DNA of 64,000 nt. Source: Botryllus schlosseri (lineage: Eukaryota). Both the position numbers and the translations under genes were made by a program. Shown here piece by piece: positions 11,014 through 23,056 of the stretch; position 1 is the first letter of the stretch; the number at the start of each line of letters is the position of its first letter. The stretch is from NCBI GenBank assembly GCA_051294905.1, contig CM119371.1, positions 13,888,001-13,952,000 of the forward strand, given 5' to 3'. A model generated the notes under the pieces. The model saw nothing but the letters and a program-made list of their open reading frames with translations. It was not told where the DNA came from and did no database searches.

Positions 11014-12946
11014 ACTGTACTGATCTAAGACATGAATATAAATATTTTTTATCACAATTTAAATTTTCCAGTTGTCTGTTCTATCAATGCTACAATTGAT
11101 CATGCTATTTCCATCACAATTACATTGTAATTTGTTCATTTTGTTGTATCGAATCATTGCAATAGTGACTTTACTTATGTGGCTTTTTATCAGACCATGT
11201 TTACTTTTAACTTTATAATTCAATTCGCCACTTCTCGCTTCAGTTTTTCAGATTCTGTCGAACGTAACGTAATTTGGGGTGAATTTGTATAATTTATGAA
11301 TTGAATTGAAATGCTGTCATGAAATTTTGTGGAAATACACTTCATAACCCAGCCTACCAAAGTGCAATGGGGTGACATTGGAAATAGTTTGACTTACTTT
11401 GTTCTTTACTCAATATGTGTATTGTAAATGATATTTGATGACTTGAGAATTCGATTCCACAATTCCTGCGTGGCCGATCTCAATAGTGAATGATTTTTTA
11501 AACTCGTATCCCGCCATTTCCGTTATAAATAGTCCAAATCATCCAGTATATGGAAATTTCAATGAGAGTGAATTGTCTCGTTTCCTTGTTTAGATGCATT
11601 CGATGATTGTTAACCGATTGGCACAGGCGGGTTTTTTCAAAAACTCTGCTTCACTTTACAAAACTGAAAAACACGACCTCAACGGGATGCGAAACCAACA
11701 AGCATACATCGTTGGATTCAAAATGTCAACGCATAACCAACTACGCCACGAAGCAAGACGAGTGCAATCAACCGCGCGTGTATACAATCCAGAAGACAAG
11801 AAAACGTTGTTCTAAACATGTACATGTTTTGCTTACTTCCTTATAGAGTCCACAACGTATACCTAGTGCGAATAAGTACGTGCTATTCACTGCGACATAG
11901 ATAACATCTTTCGAACAAGCCATGAGTGACTGCTTTTGCCTAACTTACGTGATCTATACTATCAAAAAACTGTGGATCGTTTCACCATAATCCACTGTCT
12001 GACTCGTGGGTCAGCGGGGTTGCAGGTTTATAACTTATTGTGTATGATTGTGAACCCTATTGATTGCAATTCCAGTCATTATAACCAGGGCTTTGGAGCA
12101 GCCGTAAATTTGCATTGCTCCAGCTCCGGCTATCATACAGTAGCTCCGGCTCCGGCAATTTACCTATCTACCAACTGGTCTACGCAATGATTTGTTTTGA
12201 AACATTAAAATTGGTTCATATTGGCACGTACATTAATGTCTGACAATTTTCGATTCAGGCGAATGATAGCCTTAAGCCATTGACAATCAGTAATGAGGAT
12301 TCAGAATATAGTTGTATGAAAATAATCAGTGAATTTCCTTATCAGAACCCATTTATCCGAGGTATTCATTTTTATGACACATTTATTTACAATTTCTTAT
12401 TTCCAGGTGTCTCTTCTGAAAGACGAGGAAGATGTAAAGTTCGAACAATGAAGGTTGCATCCCACGTGTGTCAATAACCGTAAGTAGTTGTAGAAATAGA
12501 AGAGTTCGGAACAAAGTCATCCATCTCGGAAAAAAGTTACAAAGTCAAGTGGTGGGCAAACTAGAGCCAGCGGGTCACATCTGACGCGTGACAATAATTT
12601 GTGGGACGGGCGAAGGCATCGGCAATTGCAATAAAAATATTGAGAAATATTTTATTGTTGGTGTAATAGCCCATCCTCAGGACCAACGTATTTCGAAACG
12701 TTTCGGTTGCTAAACACCCAAAAAATCAAAACTCAAATAACTTAGTTCTGATCACAATTGTGATTTTAGATTAGAACTCCTACTTTCAGTGCTGTACTTG
12801 GAAAAAGCGGTTCAGGAATGCGTTTTAGATTCGTCCTCTATGTGCAGTTAGGTGCAAATCACTCATAAATTCGGTCTCAACTCATCCATAATGAGTAGGG
12901 TGATTTTTTTGGGTTGCCCGACATATGAGCATGCGACACAATGAAA

Positions 12947-13250
12947 AACCCTAATACCCTAATACCCATCACCCCCACCCTAATCTTGGGATACCTTAAC
13001 CCCAACCCTAACCCTAACCAACCCTAATATCCATCACCCCCAACCCTGGTATTGGGATACCTTATCCCTAACGCAAACCCTAACCCTAATCTTGGGATAC
13101 CTTACCCTTAACCCTATAACCCTAACCCTAATACCCGACCCTAATCGTGGGATACCTTAACCCTAACCCTAACCAACCCTACTATCCATCACCCCCAACC
13201 CTAATCTTGGGATACCTTAACCACAGCATGGACCCTAACCCACTTCGAAC
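12947..13250. repeat. Degenerate CCCTAA-rich higher-order repeat
   Basis: CCCTAA runs alternate with recurring GGGATACCTT and CCATCACCCCC modules. Confidence 0.85.
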
Positions 13251-13483
13251 CTTAATGTTCCCCCTACCCACCCACGGCATGTAAAACTTCCCTATCAAAA
13301 GAGACCCGCAAAATAAAATAATAAGTCCCGTGTCAAAATGCGAATTTGGAATCGCTTTCGTCTCACAAAAGGATATATTCTTTTAGTTCGTCTGATACGT
13401 GTAAACGCGATTTCAATATGTGGAGCAATGACAACCTTTATCGCTTTACCGCAATTTTCAAAGCTTTTCACACAAATCTATAT

Positions 13484-14030
13484 GGTCACATGCTCAAGTG
13501 TCGCATGCTCAAATGTCGCATACTCAAGTCTAATATGCTCAAGTGTCGCATGCTCAAATGTCGCATGCTCAAGTGTCGCATGCTCAAATGTCACATACTC
13601 AAGTGTCGCATGCTCAAATGTCACATACTCAAGTGTCGCATGCTCAAATGTCGCATGCTCAAGTGACGCATTCTCAAGTGACGCATGCTCAAGTGTCGCA
13701 TGCTCAAGTGTCTGCATATCCACGTGTCGCATGCTCAAGTGTCTGCATGTAGACGGGTCGCATGCTCAAGTGTCTGCATGTAGACGGGTCGCATGCTCAA
13801 GTGTCTCATGCGTACGTGACCCCATGCTCATGTGCACATTTGCTCTTGTGTCCCCATGCCCATGTGTCCATATGCGCATGTGTGCCCATGCTCTTGTGTA
13901 CCCATGCTCATGTGTCGTTAAGGCTCATGTATCGCATGCTCATGTGTCACCATGCTCAAGTGGCACTTACTAAATTGTCACCATGTTGATGTGTCCCTAT
14001 GCGTGTATCCATGCTCGTGTGTCCCTATAC
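13484..14030. repeat. 15-bp minisatellite (TGTCGCATGCTCAA[A/G]) decaying rightward, resuming at 14642-14673 and 18357-18490
   Basis: Head-to-tail repeats visible directly. They generate the artefactual MLKCR and SHAQV ORFs. Confidence 0.9.
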
Positions 14031-14034
14031 TCAA

Positions 14035-14641
14035 TAGGGTTGTTCAAAAAAAATTTTTTTTCCAAATCTCACTCGCCTACTGATTAAATCGTCAGGTTGT
14101 CCAAGAAAACGATGCACACCAAATTTGACTCAATTCCAACCAGTCAAGGCCGTGCAATCTTGAATTGAAATTTTTAATTTATTAAAAAAAATTTAAAAAA
14201 AAAATTTCTCAAATTTTTCTGTCAACCCCATGAAATTGTTGAGCTGTCTTCAAAGACGATGCAAAACGAATTTGAGTCAATTCCGACTAGTAGAAGCGGA
14301 ACTATTTGAGTTTTTCGTTGATAATCCCCGGATCAAGAATAATCCGACAAATATCAACGAAAAACGCGAATAACTCCGCTTCTGCAAGTCGGAATTGACT
14401 CAAATTTGTTTTGCATCGTCTTTGAAGACAGCTCAACAATTTCATGGGGTTGACAGAAAAATTTGAGAAATTTTTTTTTTTAATTTTTTTTAATAAATTA
14501 AAAATTTCAATTCAAGATTGCACGGCCTTGACTGGTTGGAATTGAGTCAAATTTGGTGTGCATCGTTTTCTTGGACAACCTGACGATGTAGTCATTAGGC
14601 GAGTGAGATTTGGAAAAAAAAGTTTTTTTTGAACAACCCTA
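14035..14641. mobile_element. 607-bp near-perfect palindromic MITE with hATm-like termini
   Basis: Termini TAGGGTTGTTCAAAA and TTTTGAACAACCCTA. Arms of ~280 bp. Perfect 8-bp TSD ATACTCAA (14027-14034, 14642-14649). Confidence 0.95.
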
Positions 14642-14673
14642 ATACTCAAGTGTCCCCATGCTAATATGTCCAC

Positions 14674-17600
14674 TAGGGTTGTCCAAAATTTGAAAAATTT
14701 CGAAAATGCTGCGTTGTAATGTCTTATTCTATAGATTATTGATTAAAAACATCAACAAGCCTGAAAGAAGCTCTCAGGAACGTCGTTAAGATTTCTTACA
14801 AAGCGTTTGAAAGTAGCTGCCAAAGACTGGGCGGGCCACCGACGGCGAAATTGCAACTAGGCGGGCAATGACGAAACCACGATTCTTGATTGGGTAATCG
14901 GTTATGCTTCAATGATGACGGCGGCTGTCAGCTCTGATTTGGGTGCTTCACCGTGTTTGACAGAAGGAGTAGGTTTTGCTGCTGCTGAGTCTGTTGGTGA
15001 CGGCTGTAATACTGTAAAAGCGTGTTGTGGTTTGATGAGTCAATAGTAGTAATGTAACAGTGGTTCTTCGAATGTATCAGTTGTAGCAGTAGTTTCTGTT
15101 TTGCGTAGGTCGAGTCTGTTAGTAGAGACGGGAATTTGTAAAGCGCATTGTGGGTTGATGCATCAATAGTTGTAATGCAACACTTGTTCCTTGCTCAATG
15201 TTTTAGTTGCAGCAGCATTTTCTGTTCTGATGAGGTCGATTTTGTTAGTAGTGGTTGTGGTTATGTACAAGGGCATTGTGGGTTGGTGAGTTAATAGTCG
15301 TAATGTAACACTTGTTACTTAAATGTTTTAGGCGTAGCTGTAATTTATGATAGAAGGCAAAAATATTACTGTCATGGCAGAGGCAAAACGGCGGAAGACT
15401 GTGCACTTGCCACAGAGAAGAACAAGATCTCGATCTGAGCATTACTTGGTCGGATATGCTTGCGATTACATCTGTGGCTCGAGATTACCAACCTTGCGAG
15501 AAGTAATGAGTTACTTTCTGCATCTGAAAGACCATTGCCCTCAGTCAACCCCTACTCGTGAGCTATGTAATGTGGTGGTTCATGATGTCATGACAGTGTG
15601 GCAAATGGCGAGAATTGCCACAATACTTAAAGGAAATGCGGTGAAATTACTTGAAAAACTGAACAAAAAATATATTTTTCTGAAGGCGACCATGAAACGG
15701 GAAAGTGATCCCAAGGGTAAGAGGAAAAAATTCACGGAAGATTTGGACAAGTTGTGGGATATTGGAAGTACAGATGCGATAGCAATAATACAAAATGACA
15801 TTTATCTATCACATGATAGAAAGCTCGAAGACATTGCATTCTATGAAGATCAACAGCAATCTCGCAAATGCATAATGTTGGGAAGAGACAAGATTCTCGC
15901 TAAAGACATCGAAAAGAAAACAGCAACCATGGCGGATAGAACTGTTAAAAACATTCAACATGACTATGTTGTTTTAGCATCTTCTTCATCTTCAAAAGAG
16001 GGTGATAGTTTGAGTTCAAGTTCTGATTATGATGCTGATGTTGGTCTTGGCACCTCGACAGCCATTAAGCTGATGGCACCTAAAAATATTATGAATAATA
16101 CCCATGTGTCCCAAGCTCTGGATCGATTGCAAATAACAGACAACAATGCTGATCGGAGCATTTATTACGGCTTGTGGCGGTGACATAGCAATGTTCTCTC
16201 TGTCAAGATCTTCGACAAAGAGAGCCAGGGAAACAAATCGTCTTGAAATTTCCAAGGATATTTCAGAAAAATTTGCAGAAAATAAACCTCAACATGTTGC
16301 TATTCATTGGAATGAAAGCTCACAGAGGATAGATTAGGAAATCGGTATGAGGCTCTGTCAATTGTCCTATCTTGTCATCCTCAATACTCAGAAGGAAAAC
16401 TACTTGGCATTCAAAAGATGCAAAATGCTGCAGGTCAGACGCAAGCAGAAACCACTTTCAACATAATTGAAAGTTGGAATATAAAAGATGCTGTAACAGC
16501 TTTGGTTTTTGACACTACAGCAAGCAACAGCGGCTGGAAGAAGGGTGCGGCAAAGATTCTTGAAGACCTTCTAGGAAGGAAGGTGTTCTACCATGCATGT
16601 CGGCACCATGTGTATGAGCTGGTAGTGAAAGACGTTTGGAAATCTTTATTTGGAAAGGCCACAACTGGACCAGAGAATGCATGGTTTGCCCACCTTAAAA
16701 GGAACTGGAGCAGTCTTGACAGGGAACAGCAATTCAAGACTCTGACTATTCCTCTATGTTTTGCTGAACGAGCTGCAATGATAGTTGATAAGTTCAAGCT
16801 ACTGTTGAACAGAAAAGATTTTTTCACACGGGATGACTACAAGCAATGTGTGACTAATGCTCTTGCTCTTCTCGGTGCAGATGAAGATATACGTCATCAC
16901 AAACCTGGTGCAGCACACCATGCGAGATGGATGGGTACAATTCTGTATGCTCAAAAGATGTTCATGTGGGCCGACCAATTAGATTACAAATCTGAAGAAG
17001 TTGAACTGCTGCGCCGCTTCAATTTATTTTTGGTTCTCTTTTATATCCCTGCGTGGGTGGATTCAAGCATTGGTCGTGATGCAGCTGGTAATGACTTGAG
17101 ATTCGTTCAGCACATGTTGAGTTATAAGGAATATGATGAGCAAGTTTCCACAGCTGCTTCACGAAAGCTTTTGAAGCACGACTGGTATATTGTTGAGGAA
17201 ACCGCTGTATACGCCTTGTTTTCACCGACGGAAAGCAAGGAAACCCGGGAAAATATGGCAAAGGCGCTCCTGCAAGTAGAGCGAACTTCCAGTTTCAGAA
17301 GGGGCCCACCCTCATTGAATGCAACTATACAGATCAACAAGGACAGTACGTTGTCTGACCTTATTGGGCCCCAGTCGTGGTACATATTTGAAGTTTTTGA
17401 ATGCTCTGGGGATTGGCTGCGTCAACCGGTTGATGATTGGCACTTTTCAGATTCATTCAATAAAATGAATTGCTACGTTAGTTCTGTCAAAGTCGTTAAT
17501 GATGCCGCAGAAAGAGGTGTCAAGCTAAGCACAGACTATGCTGCAATCTTGACTGACAATGAACAGCAAAGAGACAGTTTGCTTCAAGCTGTGGAACAGC

Positions 17601-18356
17601 ATAGGAAGATTTTTGGAGACAGCAGGAAGTCTACTCTTATCAAAGGCCAGTGATCTGCAACACTGACCCTGCGATATACTTTTTAATGATGCCTTTTGTA
17701 AATATCATTTTTGCCTTTGTTAAATCTTGAATAAAAAGTGTAATATGCGTTCGTTTTAGAGAGAGACGTCGACTTACCATAACAAGCCATAAGGAGAAAT
17801 TGACTACTGGTTTGCAATTTATGAGTTACAGTCGTTGTCAACTGGTATGTTTTAGAAGGCTCGAAGGTAGCACGATGCATGCATCTAGTTCATTCTTATC
17901 TTAATTGGCCAAGCTCCTGTGCAAGAAGTAACAAAACTGTTATACACAGTGTTCAGGTAGAAAATATATTACTGGATCGTTATGCTGTTGTCGATGGCAG
18001 CATTAACAACGTCAATTTACCATATCGCCAATGCCACGAACAGAAATGGCTGCAAACCAACACAACAGAGTAGAACGAAATCGTGACCAGCAATGATCAC
18101 AAAATCAGTATTTCAGCCAATCAGTAGCTTATTATTACACGTTCCAACCAATCAAAATTCTAGGTTCGTGATTGCCCGCCCACTTCATCGATTCCCCGCC
18201 CACATGCAGACGGCTACTTTCAAACGCTTTGTAAGAAATCTTAACGACGTTCCTGAGAGCTTCTTTCAGGCTTGTTGATGTTTTTAATCAATAATCTATA
18301 GAATAAGACATTACAACGCAACATTTTCGAAATTTTTCAAATTTTGGACAACCCTA
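14674..18356 (+). mobile_element. hAT-superfamily (hATm-like) DNA transposon
   Basis: 144-bp TIRs (14674-14817 and 18213-18356, one mismatch seen) starting TAGGGTTGTCC. Perfect 8-bp TSD ATGTCCAC. Internal transposase. Confidence 0.93.
15347..17653 (+). pseudogene. hATm-like transposase broken by two frameshifts
   Basis: Three overlapping ORF pieces (15347-16183, 16146-16337, 16418-17653 with upstream extension). Motifs HW(D>N)G, FDTT, ACRHH, NDAAERGV. The first catalytic Asp codon reads AAT. Confidence 0.85.
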
Positions 18357-21300
18357 ATGTCCACATGTTAATATGTCTCTGTGCTCATGTGTCTACATGC
18401 CCACGAGTCGCCATGACCAAAAGTCGCTATGCTCAAGTGTCGCATGCTCAAGTGTCGCATGCTATTGTGTCGCATGCTAATATGTCCACGGACCATTTTT
18501 TTGACCTGAAAACGAAAGATTTTGACCTAAACAATCAAAATTTTCAACACTTTTTTACCTAAAATAAATTTTGACCAAATTTAGACCTCACAATAGGTCT
18601 ATGCAAATTTGGTGTTTTCGCACACAATGTTAAAATTGCACCACTTATCTTCATTTCTGGTTGGAACTGTATGTCCTTACAAAGTAGTTTGGCCCGAAAA
18701 ACGTTTTTGACTTAAAAACTGACAAATTTTTACATGAAAGAACTTGTATTTTTACGAAATCTGGCCGCATGAAGAATTCCGGTATTACATCACGTATTAT
18801 GGTAGAAATAATTAAAATTTGTTGCAGTACAACAACGAAAGATACTTTTCTCGGGTAGAAAGTGTCTGTCCTTACTAAGTAGCTTGCCAGAAATGGAGAA
18901 AGAATGTTCAACAGCAGCAGTTGTTTGCTGACAATACTTAAGTTGTGCGTACACTTCTGGTGACACACCGTGTTGCTTCATTCCGACAATGTTGTCTACA
19001 ACACAACTATTCATCAAATCAAATGATATTTCCGTCATATCTCATGATGGGTCGCACAATGAAACATACTAAAAGTGGGGAGTAAAAGTAAAAGTGGGTG
19101 GAGAACTGCAATAGTTTGGAAAGCACTGATTTAAATGATGTCATCACAGCCTAAATCATAAACAATATTCGTACTGCAATATCAAATGATCAGTTGGTAT
19201 CTGTCAAACATCTGATGTCTGTCTGACGGACGTACCTTAGGCTTTAAGATCAATAAATTCTGATTTTCTGTTTTCACCCAATCAATGATTTTGTATTCTA
19301 GTATGTGCCTATTTGTGCCACTACCTTTAACTAGACTAATTCTGTATGTAACAAGAAGTGTCAATGCATTGGGTGACTGCAAAGTTAGAATTTGGATTGT
19401 GTTCTAAATTGATGTATTCTTTTTTGACTACTTATTGGCGTTGCCATATTTTGGCATCCGGCAACAAAAGCACTTTTTGAAAACCACACAAAAAGGTCAT
19501 TTTTTTCGGCTCGACTTCCGAATGACCCTCTTTATACTGTAGTGCTCTGGTGTTGTCTAAAAAAGAACATTTTTCAGACCTACTCTCGAATGACTCGTCC
19601 TGAAATCTCCGTTGCAGAAGTCGCTCCATTTATGGCGTTTTTCAGTTGTGCCCGTTCCTTAGCCTGGCTCTCAAATCTATAAAGGAGGACCGATTCAAAA
19701 ATAGGAGGACACTTAGGTGTCCTTGGAGGGTATTTTCGATTTCCAGAAGAAGGAGGGCAAACTTATACGACATAATGAAATAGTCATATTTTTAATCCCG
19801 GTACTTAAACGTTTCTATACAAAATTACTTACTTTTGACACTCAGATTTGGTATAGTAGAAAGTAGTTTTGGGACACTGTGTGAAATTTTCCAAATCGAG
19901 CGACTGTGATACATATTTGATCACCTTAGGAATGCTCAACAATGTAAATTACGGCCAGCTACACCGTTTTTGTGCGGCCCGCGAAAGGCTTAAGTAACGT
20001 AGTAACAATATTGATAAATGCTTACTAAAAATCTAATTAGGCTGCTTCAGGGACTCCATTAAACTTTTTATTTTATATTTCATCACGATAATTATGTTAT
20101 ATTCTTACTATGGTGGATTTTTATTTCATTGCTTTCGCGATAGCTCGACCTCAAATACCACGCAGGTCAAAATTTTTCAACTGTTGAACATCACAGAAAG
20201 TCAAAACAGCAAGTTTATTACTTTTAGTTGCATACTTGAACTATATTTACAAAATCGATATAATTTAGTCGGAGCGCATTTCAAGCTGACATAGTTATGA
20301 CACTGTCAGCATTGTACAATCGAATAGTGTATTCATACTGAAATGAACCCGGATATTTTCGGCTGACACTCGTCAGGGGTAATCGTGAGCAACTAGTTGA
20401 GAATTGGAAAGAACATTGTCTATCAACAATCGTATCATAAAATATGATGTCACCAGCATGAAATTTCAAATGAGAGAGCGTTCAATGTACTATTTTTAGG
20501 TGGTACACGAACTCCTTTTGTTGAACTTTGGTTGGTGTATTTTTATAAAAGTCGACTCCAAGGCACCCAAATGGAAGTGTGAATGGCCCCTCCTGACGAC
20601 ACCACATCTGTCGTCTCGATAATTATTCGCAAAAATCGGTTCATCCAGCAGATGTTTGCCGACACACACGAGTACATCATTGTAACATCATAACTACAGA
20701 ATAAGTAAATCAAAGTGAAATACGCCTGATTTTCTTCACGAAATGAGAGTCTCCGTAACATTTTTGTATTCAAGATGGAACAACTGCTAAATTTTGTTGT
20801 TCTTTTGTCCAAGTGACATTTAAGAATTGGAGTGAAGAAGTGAAGTCTATTTTTTCAGCCGTGTAATATGAGATTTTCCTTCAGGCTTTGTCTCCTGCCA
20901 AAAGACAAGATCTCGATATCAGGATTTTCAGAATCATGATGACTTCAGGTGAGCCTCTATGAAGCACTGTAACATATTCAGAGTCGGCAGCAGAGTAACT
21001 AATATATAGCAAACATTCTGTCCAAAACGTTGAAAATTTCAGTGTCAAATTAGTCAATTTGAATCCCATGCTATCTCTTGTAACGTTTTGCACTCTTTCC
21101 CATCTGCACACTCAATATATTCACCCAACGTATGCCTACATCCCGCATGTAGGCCTACTCATTTCTAAGCTTACACAGAAATAATGCGATGAATATTGCT
21201 CTCTGGTTTCCAATAAATTCGGGTGTAGGTGTCGTGAAAAAATAAGCACTCCACCCCACACTTTTTACCCGCATCTTACCAAGCCGCCTGTCAAATTTAA

Positions 21301-21420
21301 TAGATACCTTGTAGACTTCTTTAATAAGAGAGTTTTTTTCCAAATATTTGTACCGTAGTAATGGAGTACTATGAAAAGGAGAAGTACTTATTAATGATCG
21401 TATCTGCCAGCTGCTACTAG

Positions 21421-21720
21421 TGGCCGACAAGATAGCGTAATGGTGGAAAGTCCGGCTGCTTGATTGGTAGATCGATCCCTGGCCAGGTAACGCCAATGAC
21501 CTTATTGGTAACACTGCTATTCATGACTCCCCCACTTGGCGCTCAACATTACCTGGATAGCATGCAAGGGTGGTGCAAGACTTCGACAGCCTTACAAGGG
21601 TATATCTGCACCTCCCTTGTCCAGCAGCATATGCACATCACTGACTCATGGTATGCATATGCACAGGTTGTGTGGTATATATCATGTGTCGGTGGCAAAG
21701 ACATACATTCTATTCTGTTT
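21421..21720 (+). mobile_element. Old tRNA-derived SINE
   Basis: A box TAGCGTAATGGT, degenerate B box AGATCGATCCC, and CTTGGCGCTCAACA resembling the core of the 25520-25765 SINE. Duplicated at 42480-42790. Confidence 0.5.
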
Positions 21721-21779
21721 GATTTTTTCTTCCTACTTTTTTGGTTTCATCATTCAAGAGAAACTACTATAAATATTGA

Positions 21780-22400
21780 GTTGGCTAAAAATCAAGTTCA
21801 ACCATCTCATCAATGTATTGTATATTTTTCACAGCTACTTCATGGGAACACATCATTTTGCAGCTTCATCCTCGGGTAAGGATTGCATTTCTTCATAGTC
21901 AGTATATCCTCTGAGTGTATCTTCGGTTTAGGTTAAAAACTCAGGATTGGATCATACCAGGGCGTCTACCTTTAGCCTGACTTGGAATCAAGGACCAAAA
22001 CATGTTGCAAGACTCTGTCTCAAGCTTCAGTGACATTTTCCAGCAACACCGTGTTAAGACTTCGTAATTTATATTCCTCACATGAAACAAATTGACAATA
22101 AATTTCAGTGACTACTCGATGAGTTCATTAGGAGTGAACATTTCAACAAGAGTCGGCTACGTTGTATCGAATAAGTTGTTTAAGGTTCTGAAATGCTTGG
22201 AACGTACATCGATTGATTTCAAGAAATCCTGATATGTCGGTCTTGCACAGTCCAAGACTTCTTATTATGCTTGAAGGGCTTCAAGGATGCATATGTGAAC
22301 AAAAAACATTCCACACTAGAGTTATGTTTTAGGTAGAACATCCAATAACAATCCAACATCTTAATTCATCAACATCAGAATCACTATCCAGAGAGGAGAT
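21780..22400 (-). mobile_element. Decayed RTE-like LINE C-terminal remnant
   Basis: Minus-strand fragment W..IPSQAKGRRPG resembles the RTE ORF C-terminal W.P..G.R..GRP motif. Duplicated at ~42840-43290. Confidence 0.35.
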
Positions 22401-22824
22401 TTGCAAAGGCGAGTACATCACAGAACCAGACTTGCACAACTGCAAATTACAGCAGTAGAATTATAGCAACACACTTTCTTCCAAATTAGATTAGAATTGC
22501 TGAATTCGTACAGCAAACTTGGGTTGCTTTGTACTATACAGTTTTCCTGTAGCATTTCCAGGGAAATCAGAAATTACATTAGAATTAATGCTTAGAATCA
22601 TTTTAAAAATTAGAAGAGAATTAGAGCAAAAAACGGTTTGACGAGTTAGTTTACTGGCATTTCGCTGTAATTTAGTCTAAAAACGTCTTGAAAACTAGAT
22701 TATTTAGCTGACCAAGACCAAGTTTGTACAGGACACAGGGCATGTACAAAGTCAAAGCACACGAGAAAATGTTTGGCAACAATTAATGGTCATATAGAAC
22801 CATATCAATTCAATTTACTATTAC

Positions 22825-23020
22825 AATTTCAATACACCACAAGACTGTGATACAATGAAAAGAGGAGGTGTCGAAGATATGGGGTAGTCTTTGAAATCAG
22901 ACACCCACCCGGGCCTGGGCGATGTAAAAAGGAAGCAGCACACTGAACAAAAAGTGAAAGAAGATAATACAAAAGGACAGGCAACAAAAAGAGGTGGAAT
23001 GCGAGAGAAGGCAAGTTCGA
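22825..23020 (-). mobile_element. LINE 3' UTR fragment just downstream of gene B1 (sister copy at 44535-44750)
   Basis: Same GGCCT(A/G)GGCGATGTA...CACACTGAA module as 3860-4080 and 43345-43560. Confidence 0.55.
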
Positions 23021-23056
23021 TATGTTAGATCGTGGTATGGTAAACTTGAGGCCTGA

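Larger units (their letters stand above)
12911..18494. mobile_element. Non-autonomous TIR element carrying tandem arrays, host to two nested insertions
   Basis: Imperfect ~30-bp TIRs (GG...GACATAT(G/T)AGCATGCGACACAAT). ATTTTTTT duplicated at 12903-12910 and 18495-18502. Empty site in the sister copy near 37592. Superfamily uncertain. Confidence 0.75.

Noticed and set aside
13338-13989. ORFs with MLKCR, SSVAC, SHAQV and EHATL repeats
   Set aside because: These are six-frame read-throughs of a 15-bp minisatellite inside a transposon, with no coding evidence.
12947-14030. Possible CRISPR array or true telomere
   Set aside because: The 15-mers are head-to-tail with no unique spacers, there are no cas genes and the context is eukaryotic. 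The CCCTAA tract is short, interrupted and bounded by TIRs and a TSD.
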